Positions 36,104 to 45,399 of a stretch of 64,000 nucleotides of DNA are shown one piece after another. The notes beneath the pieces are model-generated. The model was not told the origin of the DNA. It saw only the letters and a list, made by a program, of their open reading frames with translations, and made no database searches. This DNA comes from Clostridia bacterium (GTDB taxonomy: Bacteria; Bacillota; Clostridia; Oscillospirales; CAG-272). The position numbers and the translations under genes were made by a program. Every line of letters begins with the position of its first letter. Position 1 is the first letter of the stretch. The DNA lies in assembly GCA_017410065.1 (NCBI GenBank), contig JAFQRL010000004.1, forward strand, positions 5,856-69,855. The letters are read 5' to 3'.

Positions 36104-38218
36104 TCAGGCTTTGGGAGCTGCGTCCTTCATAGAAAGATTCTGTCTGCCCTTCTCGTCAGTACCAAGATACTTAACTCTTACTGTATCACCGACGGAAACA
36201 ACGTCCTCAACCTTCTCGGTTCTCTGCTGCTGAAGCTTGGAGATGTGAACCATACCCTCCTTACCGGGAGCGAACTCAACGAACGCGCCGATGGGGATAA
36301 TTCTGGTTACGGTGCCCTCATAGGTCTCGCCAACCTCGGGCTCGAATACGATAGCGTCGATGATGGACTTAGCCATATCTGCGCTGTCGCGCTCAACTGC
36401 CGCGATGAAGATGGTGCCGTCGTCGTTGATATCGATCTTTGCGCCTGTGTCTGCAACGATCTTCTGAATAACGGAGCCGCCCTTACCGATAACCTCGCGG
36501 ATCTTATCGGGATCGATGGTCATAGTGATCATCTTGGGAGCATACTTGGAAACCTCTGCTCTGGGAGCGGGGATAGCTGCAAGGATGACCTTGTCTATGA
36601 TCTCGTTTCTACCCTGGTGAGTTGTTTCAAGAGCCTGCTTGATGATCTCGGGGGTAAGACCGTCTACCTTAAGGTCCATCTGAATGGAGGTGATACCCTG
36701 CTTTGTGCCTGCTACCTTGAAGTCCATATCGCCATAGAAGTCCTCAAGACCCTGAATATCGATCATAGTGTCCCAAGAGCCGTCCTCGGCGGTGATAAGA
36801 CCGCATGAGATACCTGCAACGGGAGCCTTGATCGGAACACCTGCGTCCATAAGCGCAAGGGTGGAGCCGCAAACCGAGCCCTGGGAGGTGGAGCCGTTGG
36901 AGCTTACTACCTCAGAAACAAGGCGGATAGCATAGGGGAATTCCTCCTCGGAGGGAAGAACGGGAACAAGCGAACGCTCTGCAAGCGCACCGTGACCGAT
37001 CTCACGTCTGCCGGGAGAGCGGAGTGCCTTAGCCTCACCTGTGGAGTAGCCGGGCATGTTGTAGTGGTGCATATATCTCTTTTCGGTCTCGTCGTCAAGA
37101 CCCTCAAGCTTCTGAGCATCGGAGAGAGTGCCAAGGGTCGCGATGGTGAGAACCTGAGTCTGTCCTCTGGTGAAGAGACCCGAGCCGTGAACTCTGGGAA
37201 TTACGCCAACCTCGGAAGCGAGAGGACGGATCTCGTCCATACGTCTGCCGTCAACTCTCTTCTTATCAACGAGAAGCCAGCGGCGAACGATCTTCTTCTG
37301 TATCTTATAGATAAGCTCGGGAAGAACTACCTTGATATCCTCGTACTTCTCCTCGAAGGTTGCAACGATGTCGTCCATAATGGGCTGCATCTTTGCATCT
37401 CTTACGTTCTTATCGTCTGTGTCAAGAGCTTCCATAACGCGCTCCTCGCAGTATGCGAAGATCTCGTCGAACATATCGTGGTCAAGCTCGCCGGATGCAT
37501 ACTCGAACTTGGGCTTGCCGATCTCTGCAACGATGCTGTTGATGAATGCAACTACGCCCTTGCACTCCTCGTGAGCCTTCATAATAGCCTCAAACATAGT
37601 TTCGTCGGAAACCTCGTTTGCACCTGCCTCGATCATAACGACCTTCTCCATAGAAGCGGCAACGGTGAGCTCAAGGTCGGAGACCTTACGCTGTGCGGCG
37701 GTGGGGTTTACGACGATCTCGCCGTCAACAAGGCCCATAAATACGCCTGCGATGGGACCGTTCCAAGGAATATCGGAAATGGAGAGAGCGATGGATGCAC
37801 CGATCATAGCGGTGATCTCGGGAGAGCAATCGGGATCAACGGACATAATCGTGAGAAGAAGGGATATGTCGTTACGAAGATCCTTGGGGAAAAGAGGTCT
37901 TACGGGGCGGTCGATAACTCTGCCTGCAAGAACTGCCTTCTCGGAGGGCTTGCCCTCTCTCTTAAGGAAGCCGCCGGGGATCTTACCTACTGCGTAGAGC
38001 TTTTCGTCATAGTCTACGGAGAGGGGAAGGAAATCAATGCCCTCACGGGGAGCGGCGGATGCGGTTGCGGTTGCGAGAACGGTGGTCTCACCGTACTGAA
38101 CGAGAGCCGCGCCGTTTGCAAGACCTGCGATCTTACCCGTCTTTACAACGAGAGGTCTGCCTGCGAGCTCATACTTATACTCTTTGTAGTTATCAAAGGT
38201 TTTGAAGTTTTCTACCAT
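36104..38218 (-). CDS. pnp: polyribonucleotide nucleotidyltransferase (PNPase)
   Basis: 704 aa. Two RNase PH domains, KH (GKGGSVIQKI) and S1 (GETYEGTVTRIIPIGAFVEF) domains. Lies downstream of rpsO. Confidence 0.95.
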   Translation of the reverse strand: MVENFKTFDNYKEYKYELAGRPLVVKTGKIAGLANGAALVQYGETTVLATATASAAPREGIDFLPLSVDYDEKLYAVGKIPGGFLKREGKPSEKAVLAGRVIDRPVRPLFPKDLRNDISLLLTIMSVDPDCSPEITAMIGASIALSISDIPWNGPIAGVFMGLVDGEIVVNPTAAQRKVSDLELTVAASMEKVVMIEAGANEVSDETMFEAIMKAHEECKGVVAFINSIVAEIGKPKFEYASGELDHDMFDEIFAYCEERVMEALDTDDKNVRDAKMQPIMDDIVATFEEKYEDIKVVLPELIYKIQKKIVRRWLLVDKKRVDGRRMDEIRPLASEVGVIPRVHGSGLFTRGQTQVLTIATLGTLSDAQKLEGLDDETEKRYMHHYNMPGYSTGEAKALRSPGRREIGHGALAERSLVPVLPSEEEFPYAIRLVSEVVSSNGSTSQGSVCGSTLALMDAGVPIKAPVAGISCGLITAEDGSWDTMIDIQGLEDFYGDMDFKVAGTKQGITSIQMDLKVDGLTPEIIKQALETTHQGRNEIIDKVILAAIPAPRAEVSKYAPKMITMTIDPDKIREVIGKGGSVIQKIVADTGAKIDINDDGTIFIAAVERDSADMAKSIIDAIVFEPEVGETYEGTVTRIIPIGAFVEFAPGKEGMVHISKLQQQRTEKVEDVVSVGDTVRVKYLGTDEKGRQNLSMKDAAPKA

Positions 38219-38467
38219 TTTTTATTTCTCCTTATAATTTTTTGAGGAGTGATCATAGCACTTAAATATCCGCCCAAAGCGAAAAACTCCGCACGGGGGG
38301 TGGGCATAATTCCTTTGGAAGCATATTTAACTGCTATATCCACGCCTCTTTTTTGATTAACGAAGGTTTTTATCTTTGCCCATCGGGCTCTCCGCCAAAG
38401 CCTCACTCACCCGAAGAAGCGGCGGAAATTTTTGCAAATTATAACGCTTTTTCTTTTGCTTTATAAC

Positions 38468-38505
38468 CGAAATAAACGGGAACGAAAAAGAGATCCGTTC
38501 CCGCT
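38468..38505 (-). terminator. intrinsic terminator / attenuator between rpsO and pnp
   Basis: Minus strand reads CGGGAACG-loop-CGTTCCCG followed by TTTATTT. Confidence 0.65.
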
Positions 38506-38519
38506 TATAGGCTAAAAAA

Positions 38520-38786
38520 TTACTTTCTGAGGCCGAGTTTCTTAATAACAGCTCTGTATCTCTCGATATCCTTCTTTGCAAGGTATGCAAGGAGCTGCTT
38601 TCTGTGACCAACCATCTTTGCAAGGCCTCTCTGAGAATGGAAGTCCTTGGGGTTCTTCTTCATATGCTCAGTGAGCTCGTTGATTCTGGTTGTGAGAATA
38701 GCAACCTGAACCTCGGGAGAACCTGTGTCTCTCTCGTTGATCTTATAAGCCTCAATGAGAGCGGTCTTTGTTTCCTTTGCGATCAT
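38520..38786 (-). CDS. rpsO: 30S ribosomal protein S15
   Basis: [55 protein letters not shown]. The start is set at ATG 38786 behind AAAGGTGAAG. Confidence 0.92.
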   Translation of the reverse strand: MIAKETKTALIEAYKINERDTGSPEVQVAILTTRINELTEHMKKNPKDFHSQRGLAKMVGHRKQLLAYLAKKDIERYRAVIKKLGLRK

Positions 38787-39012
38787 CTTTTCTTCACCTT
38801 TCTTAAAATTTATTACGTCCTGAAGCCCAGCTAAATGCGGGTGAAAAGCGCGAGCCACGCAACGGATATTACCGAAACGGAGCAGGGCCATACATTATAC
38901 CGCGCAACAGGCCGAGGATTATTATAGCACACAAATACCGATTTGTAAAGGGGTTTTGCGAAAAAAATTGTGTGTATTAAAATTTTTCTACGAAATAAAT
39001 ATAAAAGGTTGG

Positions 39013-39720
39013 CTATTTTTTAATTTTTTCTGCTTCGGATGCGGCATCCTCTTTGGCGGAGGGCTCGCGCATTTCGCTGAATTTGATAGCCTTTGGCATA
39101 TTCCACTTGAAGCGGGTGGCACACATTCTGATGGTAAACACAACGACGGTGCAGATAATGGTGGAAAAGACGGTGGAGTCTTTCACGCCCGAGAAAACGA
39201 ACATCTCGAAGACGTAATACGCCGCAGAGCCCGCCATAATCGCCATAGCATATATTCTCTTGCGAAGAATGAAAGGGATATCGCGGAGAATGATGTCTCG
39301 GATAAGGCTGCCGCCCACAGAGGAAACGGTGCCCGCAAAGATAGCAACGAGAGGTCCGCCCGAAATATACATTCCCGTACCGACGGCGGTGAATACTCCG
39401 ATACCGAGGGCATCAAGAACGTTGTTTATTTTGTTGACAGTCTCCTCCTCCTTAACGTATTCCCTTTTGAATATAGCCGCGGCAAGGAACATAACGAGAG
39501 CAGTTGCCACGCTTATCGTGAGATATAAGGAAAGGGAGAAGAAGGCAGGCAGGCCCTCGCCGAGAATGATATCTCTCGTGAGACCGCCGCCGAAGCAGGT
39601 TATGGCAGAAAGGATAATAACACCGAAGAAGTCGGTCTCCTTGTCTATCGCGACCATAGCTCCTGCCGCTGAAAAAGAGATAACACCAATTATCTCAATT
39701 ATCATCAAAATTGTTTCCAT
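39013..39720 (-). CDS. trimeric intracellular cation channel / UPF0126 (YicG-like) membrane protein
   Basis: Two repeats of the GGGLTRDIILG / GGSLIRDIIL motif in a 7-TM protein. Confidence 0.75.
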   Translation of the reverse strand: METILMIIEIIGVISFSAAGAMVAIDKETDFFGVIILSAITCFGGGLTRDIILGEGLPAFFSLSLYLTISVATALVMFLAAAIFKREYVKEEETVNKINNVLDALGIGVFTAVGTGMYISGGPLVAIFAGTVSSVGGSLIRDIILRDIPFILRKRIYAMAIMAGSAAYYVFEMFVFSGVKDSTVFSTIICTVVVFTIRMCATRFKWNMPKAIKFSEMREPSAKEDAASEAEKIKK

Positions 39721-39806
39721 AATACACCGATATGTAAATGATAGTTGTCATATTACGGCATTTTGCCGATTGTGAGAAGATTTTTATTAAGCGAGAATTG
39801 ATCGGA

Positions 39807-40391
39807 TCAGGCATCTGAATCAAGCTTTTTGCAAAGCTCCTTCAAGGCGTTTGCCCTATGGCTGATAAGGTTCTTTTCCTCCGAGGTCATCTCTGCGACG
39901 GTGCGACTCTCGCCTGTCGGAACGAACAGAGGATCGTAGCCAAAACCGCCCTCTCCTCTTTCGGAGTGAATGATCTCGCCGAACATATAGCCCTCGGCTG
40001 TTACCTCCTTGCCCGAGGGATAAACGAGAGCTATGGCGGCGGTGTAATGAGCCGATCTATCCTCTTTATCCGTGAGCTTTTCAAGAAGGAGGGCGTTGTT
40101 TGCCTTGTCGTTTCCGTGCTCGCCCGCAAATCTTGCGCTAAATATTCCGGGCGCGCCTCCGAGGGCATCAACGCAGATGCCGCTATCGTCAGCAAGGGCG
40201 GCACAGCCCGATATTTCGGCAATTTCCCTTGCCTTTTTCAGGGCGTTTTCCATAAAGGTCGTGCCGTCCTCAACCGTTTCGTGATCGATACCAGACTCAC
40301 GAAGGGAGAGTATTTCCTCGAATTTTTCCGCGAGGATCTTTTTGATCTCGCCGATCTTATGTGCGTTATTTGATGCGATAATAAGCTTCAT
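39807..40391 (-). CDS. rdgB: non-canonical purine NTP pyrophosphatase (RdgB/HAM1)
   Basis: MKLIIASNNAHKIGEIKKIL, plus GFGYDPLF and SHR motifs. Confidence 0.9.
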   Translation of the reverse strand: MKLIIASNNAHKIGEIKKILAEKFEEILSLRESGIDHETVEDGTTFMENALKKAREIAEISGCAALADDSGICVDALGGAPGIFSARFAGEHGNDKANNALLLEKLTDKEDRSAHYTAAIALVYPSGKEVTAEGYMFGEIIHSERGEGGFGYDPLFVPTGESRTVAEMTSEEKNLISHRANALKELCKKLDSDA

Positions 40392-40446
40392 TATTTCTCC
40401 TGTGCGGCGGGGGTGTTCTCTGCCTCGTGAGATCGCCGCAAAAATT

Positions 40447-42117
40447 TTAGAAAAGACCTGTTATTTTGCCGTTTTCGTCTACGTCGATACGCTCTGCGGC
40501 GGGAGACTTGGGGAGACCCGGCATTGTCATAATATCGCCTGTGAGAACGACTATGAAGCCTGCTCCCGCAGAGACCTTAACGTTCTTTATAGTGACCGTG
40601 AAGCCGTCGGGTGCGCCGAGCTTTGTGGGGTCATCGGAGAAGGAATATTGGGTCTTTGCCATACAAACGGGGAGGTCGCCGTAGCCGAGGGCAGTGAGCT
40701 GAGCTATCTGCTTTTTAGCTGCGGGAAGAACGGAGATACCGTCGCCGCCGTAGATCTTTTTGACTATTGCTTCGATCTTTTCCTCGATGGTGGCACCGAG
40801 CTCATAAGAGAAGGTGAAGTCGCCCCGCTCCTCCTCGCAAAGACGAACTACCTCGCGAGCGAGAGCCTCGCCGCCCTTGCCGCCCTCTGCCCAAACGGTG
40901 GAGAGAACGACGTTTACTCCGAGAGCCTTACATTTTTCTATAATGAAGCTGATCTCGGCATCGGTGTCCGTGGGGAAGCGGTTGATCGCAACCACGGAGG
41001 GGAGCTTATATACGTTTTTGATATTTGATACGTGGCGAAGAAGGTTGGGAACGCCGCGCTCAAGAGCCTCAATATTCTCTGCGGAAAGCTCGGTCTTTGC
41101 AAGACCGCCGTGCATTTTGAGGGCTCTGACGGTTGCAACTATAACTACCGCCGAGGGAGTGAGACCTGCGGTGCGGCACTTGATATCAAGAAACTTCTCT
41201 GCTCCGAGGTCTGCGCCGAAGCCCGCCTCGGTGATGGCGTAGTCTGCCATTTTGAGAGCGCATCTTGTGGCGAGAACGGAGTTGCAGCCGTGGGCGATAT
41301 TCGCGAAGGGGCCGCCGTGAACGAAGGCGGGGGTACCCTCAAGGGTCTGCACGAGATTAGGCTTTAGGGCATCCTTAAGAAGTGCGCACATTGCGCCCTC
41401 TGCGTGAAGGTCGCCTGCGGTGACGGGGCGTTCGTCGTAGGTATAACCTACGATGATCCTTGCAAGACGAGCCTTAAGGTCCGAGATAGAGCTTGCAAGG
41501 CAGAGCACCGCCATAATTTCGGAGGCAACGGTGATATCGTAGCCGTCCTCGCGGGGCACGCCGTTCACTCTGCCGCCGAGACCGTCCGTAACGAAGCGGA
41601 GCTGGCGGTCGTTCATATCAACGCATCTTTTCCAGGTTATTCTGCGAGGGTCGATGCCGAGGGCGTTGCCCTGATAGATATGGTTATCAAGCATTGCGGC
41701 GAGAAGATTATTTGCCGCGCCAATGGCGTGGAAGTCTCCTGTGAAGTGAAGATTTATATCCTCCATAGGAATGACCTGGGCGTATCCGCCTCCTGCCGCG
41801 CCGCCCTTAACACCGAATACGGGACCGAGGGATGGCTCGCGGAGAGCAACGGCAACCTTCTTCCCTATTCTCTTAAGACCGTCTGCAAGACCGATGGTGG
41901 TGGTGGTCTTTCCCTCGCCTGCGGGCGTGGGGGTGATGGCGGTGACAAGGACGAGCTTGCCGTCCTTTTTATCGGCGTTATCCGAGAGAAGGGAGAGATC
42001 GAGCTTTGCTTTTATATTTCCGTAGAGCTCAATATATTTTTCGTCAACTCCCGCCTCACGGGCGATCTCCATTATGTTTTTCGGCTTGGCTGCCTGAGCA
42101 ATTTCAATATCAGTCAT
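40447..42117 (-). CDS. fhs: formate-tetrahydrofolate ligase
   Basis: MTDIEIAQ..., [17 protein letters not shown]-loop, conserved [15 protein letters not shown]. The start is set at ATG 42117. Confidence 0.93.
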   Translation of the reverse strand: MTDIEIAQAAKPKNIMEIAREAGVDEKYIELYGNIKAKLDLSLLSDNADKKDGKLVLVTAITPTPAGEGKTTTTIGLADGLKRIGKKVAVALREPSLGPVFGVKGGAAGGGYAQVIPMEDINLHFTGDFHAIGAANNLLAAMLDNHIYQGNALGIDPRRITWKRCVDMNDRQLRFVTDGLGGRVNGVPREDGYDITVASEIMAVLCLASSISDLKARLARIIVGYTYDERPVTAGDLHAEGAMCALLKDALKPNLVQTLEGTPAFVHGGPFANIAHGCNSVLATRCALKMADYAITEAGFGADLGAEKFLDIKCRTAGLTPSAVVIVATVRALKMHGGLAKTELSAENIEALERGVPNLLRHVSNIKNVYKLPSVVAINRFPTDTDAEISFIIEKCKALGVNVVLSTVWAEGGKGGEALAREVVRLCEEERGDFTFSYELGATIEEKIEAIVKKIYGGDGISVLPAAKKQIAQLTALGYGDLPVCMAKTQYSFSDDPTKLGAPDGFTVTIKNVKVSAGAGFIVVLTGDIMTMPGLPKSPAAERIDVDENGKITGLF

Positions 42118-42189
42118 TTTCTTTTTCCTTTCGGGCAATATGCGCACGGCGAGCGAGCGCGATATCTTTACTTTATTATTTACATTAAA

Positions 42190-42218
42190 AGTATAGCCTA
42201 AAACGTGCGGTTTGTCAA
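42190..42218 (-). promoter_or_regulatory. sigma-A type promoter of fhs (TTGACA - 17 bp - TATACT)
   Basis: Minus strand reads TTGACAAACCGCACGTTTTAGGCTATACT. Confidence 0.6.
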
Positions 42219-42266
42219 CCGCTATTTTAATTAAAAATTAAAAGGAAAAAATTTTTGATTTACCTC

Positions 42267-42295
42267 TTGACATTTGACTTTGATTGTTTTATAAT
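42267..42295 (+). promoter_or_regulatory. sigma-A type promoter of yceD-rpmF (TTGACA - 17 bp - TATAAT)
   Basis: TTGACATTTGACTTTGATTGTTTTATAAT, read directly. Confidence 0.65.
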
Positions 42296-42361
42296 ATATT
42301 GTACGACTTTGGCGGCCGTAGCCTAAACTACGCCCTGAAGACGAAAAAAGGAGGATACCGA

Positions 42362-42913
42362 GTGAAGTTAGATTTGAGACCGCTCCTCGCGGGAGACAGA
42401 CTGCTTGAGTTCGATTATGAGCTCCATCTCGATATCGCATCCGAAGATTTTGGAAGCCTTCTTTACGGAGTCGATTTTCCTTCTCCCCTGAAGGTCAAGG
42501 GTGAAATTACCAACACCGCCGGCTATATGAGAATGCAGGCGTCTGCATCGGTTGACTACCGCGCCGAATGTGCACGTTGCCTCGCTCCCGTGGTCGGAGA
42601 GTTCACTCTTAACCTTGAGAAAACCGTTTCCACGAAGAATATGCTCTCCGATCTTGACGAATCAAAGCTTGATGACTACGCTATCATCGAGGACGGGTAT
42701 CTTGACGTCGACGAGCAGATCTTAATGCAGCTTGAAATGGAGTTCCCCTCCAGATTTCTCTGCAAAGAGGATTGCCTCGGACTTTGTCAGCGTTGCGGAA
42801 AGAATTTAAACGAGGGACCCTGCGATTGCGGAAAGGATGAGATCGATCCGCGCCTTGAGCCCTTAAGAAAAATTCTTGAAGAAATGAAGAAAAAAGAAAA
42901 TAAAAATAATTAA
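42362..42913 (+). CDS. yceD: YceD-family (DUF177) protein
   Basis: GTG start behind AAGGAGG. CxxC...CxxC (CARCLAPV ... CQRCGKNL) and the position immediately upstream of rpmF. Confidence 0.8.
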   Translation: MKLDLRPLLAGDRLLEFDYELHLDIASEDFGSLLYGVDFPSPLKVKGEITNTAGYMRMQASASVDYRAECARCLAPVVGEFTLNLEKTVSTKNMLSDLDESKLDDYAIIEDGYLDVDEQILMQLEMEFPSRFLCKEDCLGLCQRCGKNLNEGPCDCGKDEIDPRLEPLRKILEEMKKKENKNN

Positions 42914-42967
42914 CATAACGAGAATGCGTGGAGCTTCGGCTCATAGCATACTCAGAGGAGGTAAAAG

Positions 42968-43165
42968 ATGGCAGTACCAAAGAGAAAGGTTTCTCACGCG
43001 AGAAAGATGAAGAGACGTTCCAGCGTTTGGAAGCTCGAGACCCCCACTAATATCGTAAAGTGCCCTCAGTGCGGCGAGGCTATCCTTGCATACAGAGTTT
43101 GCGGCAATTGCGGCTACTACAAGGGTGAGGCTATCGTTTCCGTAAAGGACGACGCTAAAAAGTAA
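42968..43165 (+). CDS. rpmF: 50S ribosomal protein L32
   Basis: MAVPKRKVSHARKMKRRS, zinc ribbon CPQCGE...CGNCG. Confidence 0.93.
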   Translation: MAVPKRKVSHARKMKRRSSVWKLETPTNIVKCPQCGEAILAYRVCGNCGYYKGEAIVSVKDDAKK

Positions 43166-43184
43166 TAAGCAAACAGCTTAAACC

Positions 43185-43219
43185 AAAAGAGAGATAACGC
43201 AAGGTTATCTCTCTTTTGC
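43185..43219. terminator. bidirectional intrinsic terminator AAAAGAGAGATAAC-GCAA-GGTTATCTCTCTTTTG
   Basis: Read directly, between the convergent rpmF and amidotransferase genes. Confidence 0.8.
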
Positions 43220-43247
43220 TTATATTTTGCAAATAGTTATTTGCATA

Positions 43248-43943
43248 TTAACCGTTTTTTGCCTTGATTTCGACGCAACGGACGAGGAAATTCTCAAAGA
43301 ATTTCTTTTCGATAGAGTCGCCTGTGTGATAGGACTGTTCGGGGTGCCATTGGGTTGCATAGATGCATCTTTCTTTATCCTCTATCGCCTCGATAACGCC
43401 GTCGGTCTTGCACCTTGCAACAGCCTTAAGATTAGGAGCAAGCTTACCTATCGCCCAGCGGTGATAGGAATTGACGCGAGCGGTGGTGCTACCGAAAACG
43501 TCATAGACGAAGGACCCCTCCTCGATATCTATATCGTGGTATTTCTTTTCGTCCTGGTGCGGGTCGTAGTCTATCTTCTCTATCGTGCCGCCAAAATAAA
43601 TATTGAGGTCCTGATGACCTCCGCAAACTCCGAAGATGGGCTTACCCAGCTTCACGAAAATATCTATGATCTTTGCGTCAAGAGCATATTCATCTATCTT
43701 TTGAGGAGGATCCATAGGAGTGCCGCCGTAATATTTCGGGTCAATGTCCTTTCCGCTACCGGGGACGATCAAGCCCTCGCACTCGCGGCAGATAGCTTCG
43801 GGATCCATACCCGACATTATTCCAACCAGCTCAAAGCCGTGCTCTATTGCCATCTGATAATAATCTGCCATAATATAGAAGCGGTGAGAAAATGCGCCCG
43901 GTGTGGGCATATCCATTTCACGAACGAGGGTGGCTATCTTCAT
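43248..43943 (-). CDS. class I glutamine amidotransferase / peptidase C26 (gamma-glutamyl hydrolase-like)
   Basis: GVCGGHQ nucleophile elbow and a QWHPE-type motif. The start is set at MKIATL (ATG 43943). Confidence 0.75.
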   Translation of the reverse strand: MKIATLVREMDMPTPGAFSHRFYIMADYYQMAIEHGFELVGIMSGMDPEAICRECEGLIVPGSGKDIDPKYYGGTPMDPPQKIDEYALDAKIIDIFVKLGKPIFGVCGGHQDLNIYFGGTIEKIDYDPHQDEKKYHDIDIEEGSFVYDVFGSTTARVNSYHRWAIGKLAPNLKAVARCKTDGVIEAIEDKERCIYATQWHPEQSYHTGDSIEKKFFENFLVRCVEIKAKNG

Positions 43944-44020
43944 ATTTTTTCTCCTTTTTCTTTTATATCTTACAAGGTTTTTTGTATTGAATATTAAGGT
44001 CTTTTGCCTCGGCGTGTTTA

Positions 44021-44049
44021 TTATATCATAGGTATATTTGTTTGTCAAC
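44021..44049 (-). promoter_or_regulatory. sigma-A type promoter (TTGACA - 17 bp - TATAAT)
   Basis: Minus strand reads TTGACAAACAAATATACCTATGATATAAT. Confidence 0.6.
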
Positions 44050-44131
44050 AGCTATTTTGTTCTGTTTTTTGCACATTTTTTACACATTTTTTCAAAAACA
44101 AAAAATCTTTAAAAAATCTTCAAAAAAGGGC

Positions 44132-44160
44132 TTGACAAACCGACTTTTCTCTGTTATAAT
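44132..44160 (+). promoter_or_regulatory. sigma-A type promoter of the tRNA pair (TTGACA - 17 bp - TATAAT)
   Basis: TTGACAAACCGACTTTTCTCTGTTATAAT, 15 nt before the tRNA-Thr 5' end. Confidence 0.7.
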
Positions 44161-44175
44161 AGTATGCGTCACAAC

Positions 44176-44250
44176 GCTGGTGTGGCTCAATGGCAGAGCA
44201 GCTGATTTGTAATCAGCAGGTTGTTGGTTCGACTCCGATCACCAGCTCCA
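44176..44250 (+). tRNA. tRNA-Thr (anticodon UGU), CCA encoded
   Basis: Hand-folded cloverleaf. Acceptor GCTGGTG/CACCAGC, anticodon arm GCTGA-TTTGTAA-TCAGC, T-loop TTCGACT, 3' TCCA. Confidence 0.8.
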
Positions 44251-44256
44251 ATATTG

Positions 44257-44341
44257 GGGGGAATTCCCGAGCGGCCAAAGGGGGCAGACTGTAAATCTGT
44301 TGTCACTGACTTCGCTGGTCCGAATCCAGCTTCCCCCACCA
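44257..44341 (+). tRNA. tRNA-Tyr (anticodon GUA), class II long variable arm, CCA encoded
   Basis: Acceptor GGGGGAA/TTCCCCC, anticodon arm GCAGA-CTGTAAA-TCTGT, long variable arm, T-arm GCTGG-TCCGAAT-CCAGC, ACCA end. Confidence 0.8.
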
Positions 44342-44344
44342 AAC

Positions 44345-44376
44345 AAAAAACCGACCCTTGCGGTCGGTTTTTTGTT
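44345..44376 (+). terminator. intrinsic terminator after the tRNA pair (CCGACC-CTTGC-GGTCGG followed by a T-run)
   Basis: AAAAAACCGACCCTTGCGGTCGGTTTTTTGTTT, read directly. Confidence 0.8.
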
Positions 44377-44568
44377 TGGTTAGGGAGGCATTGGATTCGG
44401 CTAGGCACTTGCAAAGCAAGTGCGCTGGTTCGCATACCGCGCCTTGAGATCGGGGAGCTTGCTCACCAGGCGATAGGCGCAGGTATCTTCGCCAAAGGCG
44501 AATACCCAGCTTCCAAAAAAGCAGTATCATATTGATACAGCTTTTTTTATCCATTACGGAGTAATGGC

Positions 44569-44746
44569 ATATCATCACCGCACGAAGTGTGGTGGATATC
44601 ATCAAAAAGAGCGATTCCCTCGCTCTTTTTTGCATATCATCACGCATTAGCGTGTATTAAAACTCCGTAATGATGATATACAATGCTCCGCATTGATGAT
44701 ATACTCGTCCAAAAGCGAGATATTCTCGTTTTCGGACAGATGATAT
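44569..44746. repeat. array of six ATATCATCA motifs (three forward, three reverse), each next to a short hairpin
   Basis: Forward copies at 44569, 44596 and 44634. Reverse copies (TGATGATAT) at 44671, 44694 and 44739 (the last one partial). Confidence 0.8.
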
Positions 44747-44948
44747 ACACTTTCTGCGAAAGTGATTAAATCTGCAAGCCTTTTTGTTTTTAGCAGTAAA
44801 AAACAAATCGTTCTCTTTATACCCCTTTTGTTCAATTTATGGGGTATCGTTCAATTTATGATTCAGTTAAATATATTCTTGATTTTGGTCGGATTATATG
44901 ATATAATAAACTCACCGACATATAAGAATTTATTTAGGAGAAATAAAT

Positions 44949-45272
44949 ATGTTTGGATTATTTGCTAAAAAAGTTATGAACGAAGAAGCCGCCAAGTCTT
45001 TTTGGAAATGGTTTGCAGAAAAAGAGGAGTGGATTATCAGCTGTATTTCCAATCACGACTCAACCTTTATATGGGCAATCGATGAAAAGTTAAAACCGGT
45101 ATTCCCTTATTTCAAAGGAGAACTCGAATTCCAGCTTGGATACAACAATAGCGTTGGAGAATTTTTCTTCTTCCACTTTGGAAACAAAGACCTTGCTCGT
45201 GATGGTGAAGCCTTGGGAAGGATGATGCCTCCAGAAATCGCAAACAAATGGAAACTTATTCTGGAAAAATAA
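44949..45272 (+). CDS. small hypothetical protein (107 aa) inside the tRNA-adjacent insert
   Basis: AGGAG RBS 8 nt before the ATG. AT-rich codon usage unlike the core genes. No motif recognised. Confidence 0.5.
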   Translation: MFGLFAKKVMNEEAAKSFWKWFAEKEEWIISCISNHDSTFIWAIDEKLKPVFPYFKGELEFQLGYNNSVGEFFFFHFGNKDLARDGEALGRMMPPEIANKWKLILEK

Positions 45273-45399
45273 ATTGTCCAATTTCGATTTATAAAACTAA
45301 AAACAGATGCAAACCCTTGTAGGAAAATCCACCCAACATTCTAAAATTTGCACCCATTTTGAAATGGTATCAAAATTTTAGATTACTCACAAACAAAAA

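Larger units (their letters stand above)
44361..45389. mobile_element. about 1-kb AT-rich insert bounded by 20/21-nt direct repeats next to tRNA-Tyr. No recombinase; probable relic of an integrated element.
   Basis: CAAACAAAAAACCGACCCTTG at 44340-44360 and CAAACAAAAACCGACCCTTG at 45390-45409. Confidence 0.4.

Noticed and set aside
36992-38245. Long antisense ORFs opposite real genes, for example 36992-38245 (417 aa, opposite pnp), 10018-11160 (priA), 1451-2587, 59875-60993 (ABC ATPase), 58493-59590, 5294-6400, 34869-35753, 55998-56885, 41404-42201 and 21092-21850.
   Set aside because: Each lies entirely inside a confidently identified gene on the other strand. They have low-complexity or odd composition, no RBS and no recognisable motif. 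These are shadow ORFs, typical of GC-biased codon usage.
38212-38623. Small ORFs (64 and 88 aa) in the rpsO-pnp intergenic region.
   Set aside because: They overlap the rpsO 3' end, its terminator and the pnp leader. No RBS. This region is known to be regulatory RNA in other bacteria.
44380-44480. A GC-rich stretch with the hairpin GCACTTGC-AAA-GCAAGTGC and a GGTTCG string looked like a possible third tRNA.
   Set aside because: No cloverleaf can be drawn: the loop is 3 nt and no acceptor pairing exists. At most it is a degraded fragment.
44647-44835. 62-aa minus-strand ORF covering the reverse ATATCATCA motifs.
   Set aside because: It has a TTG start with no Shine-Dalgarno and overlaps the motif array. 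Probably spurious.
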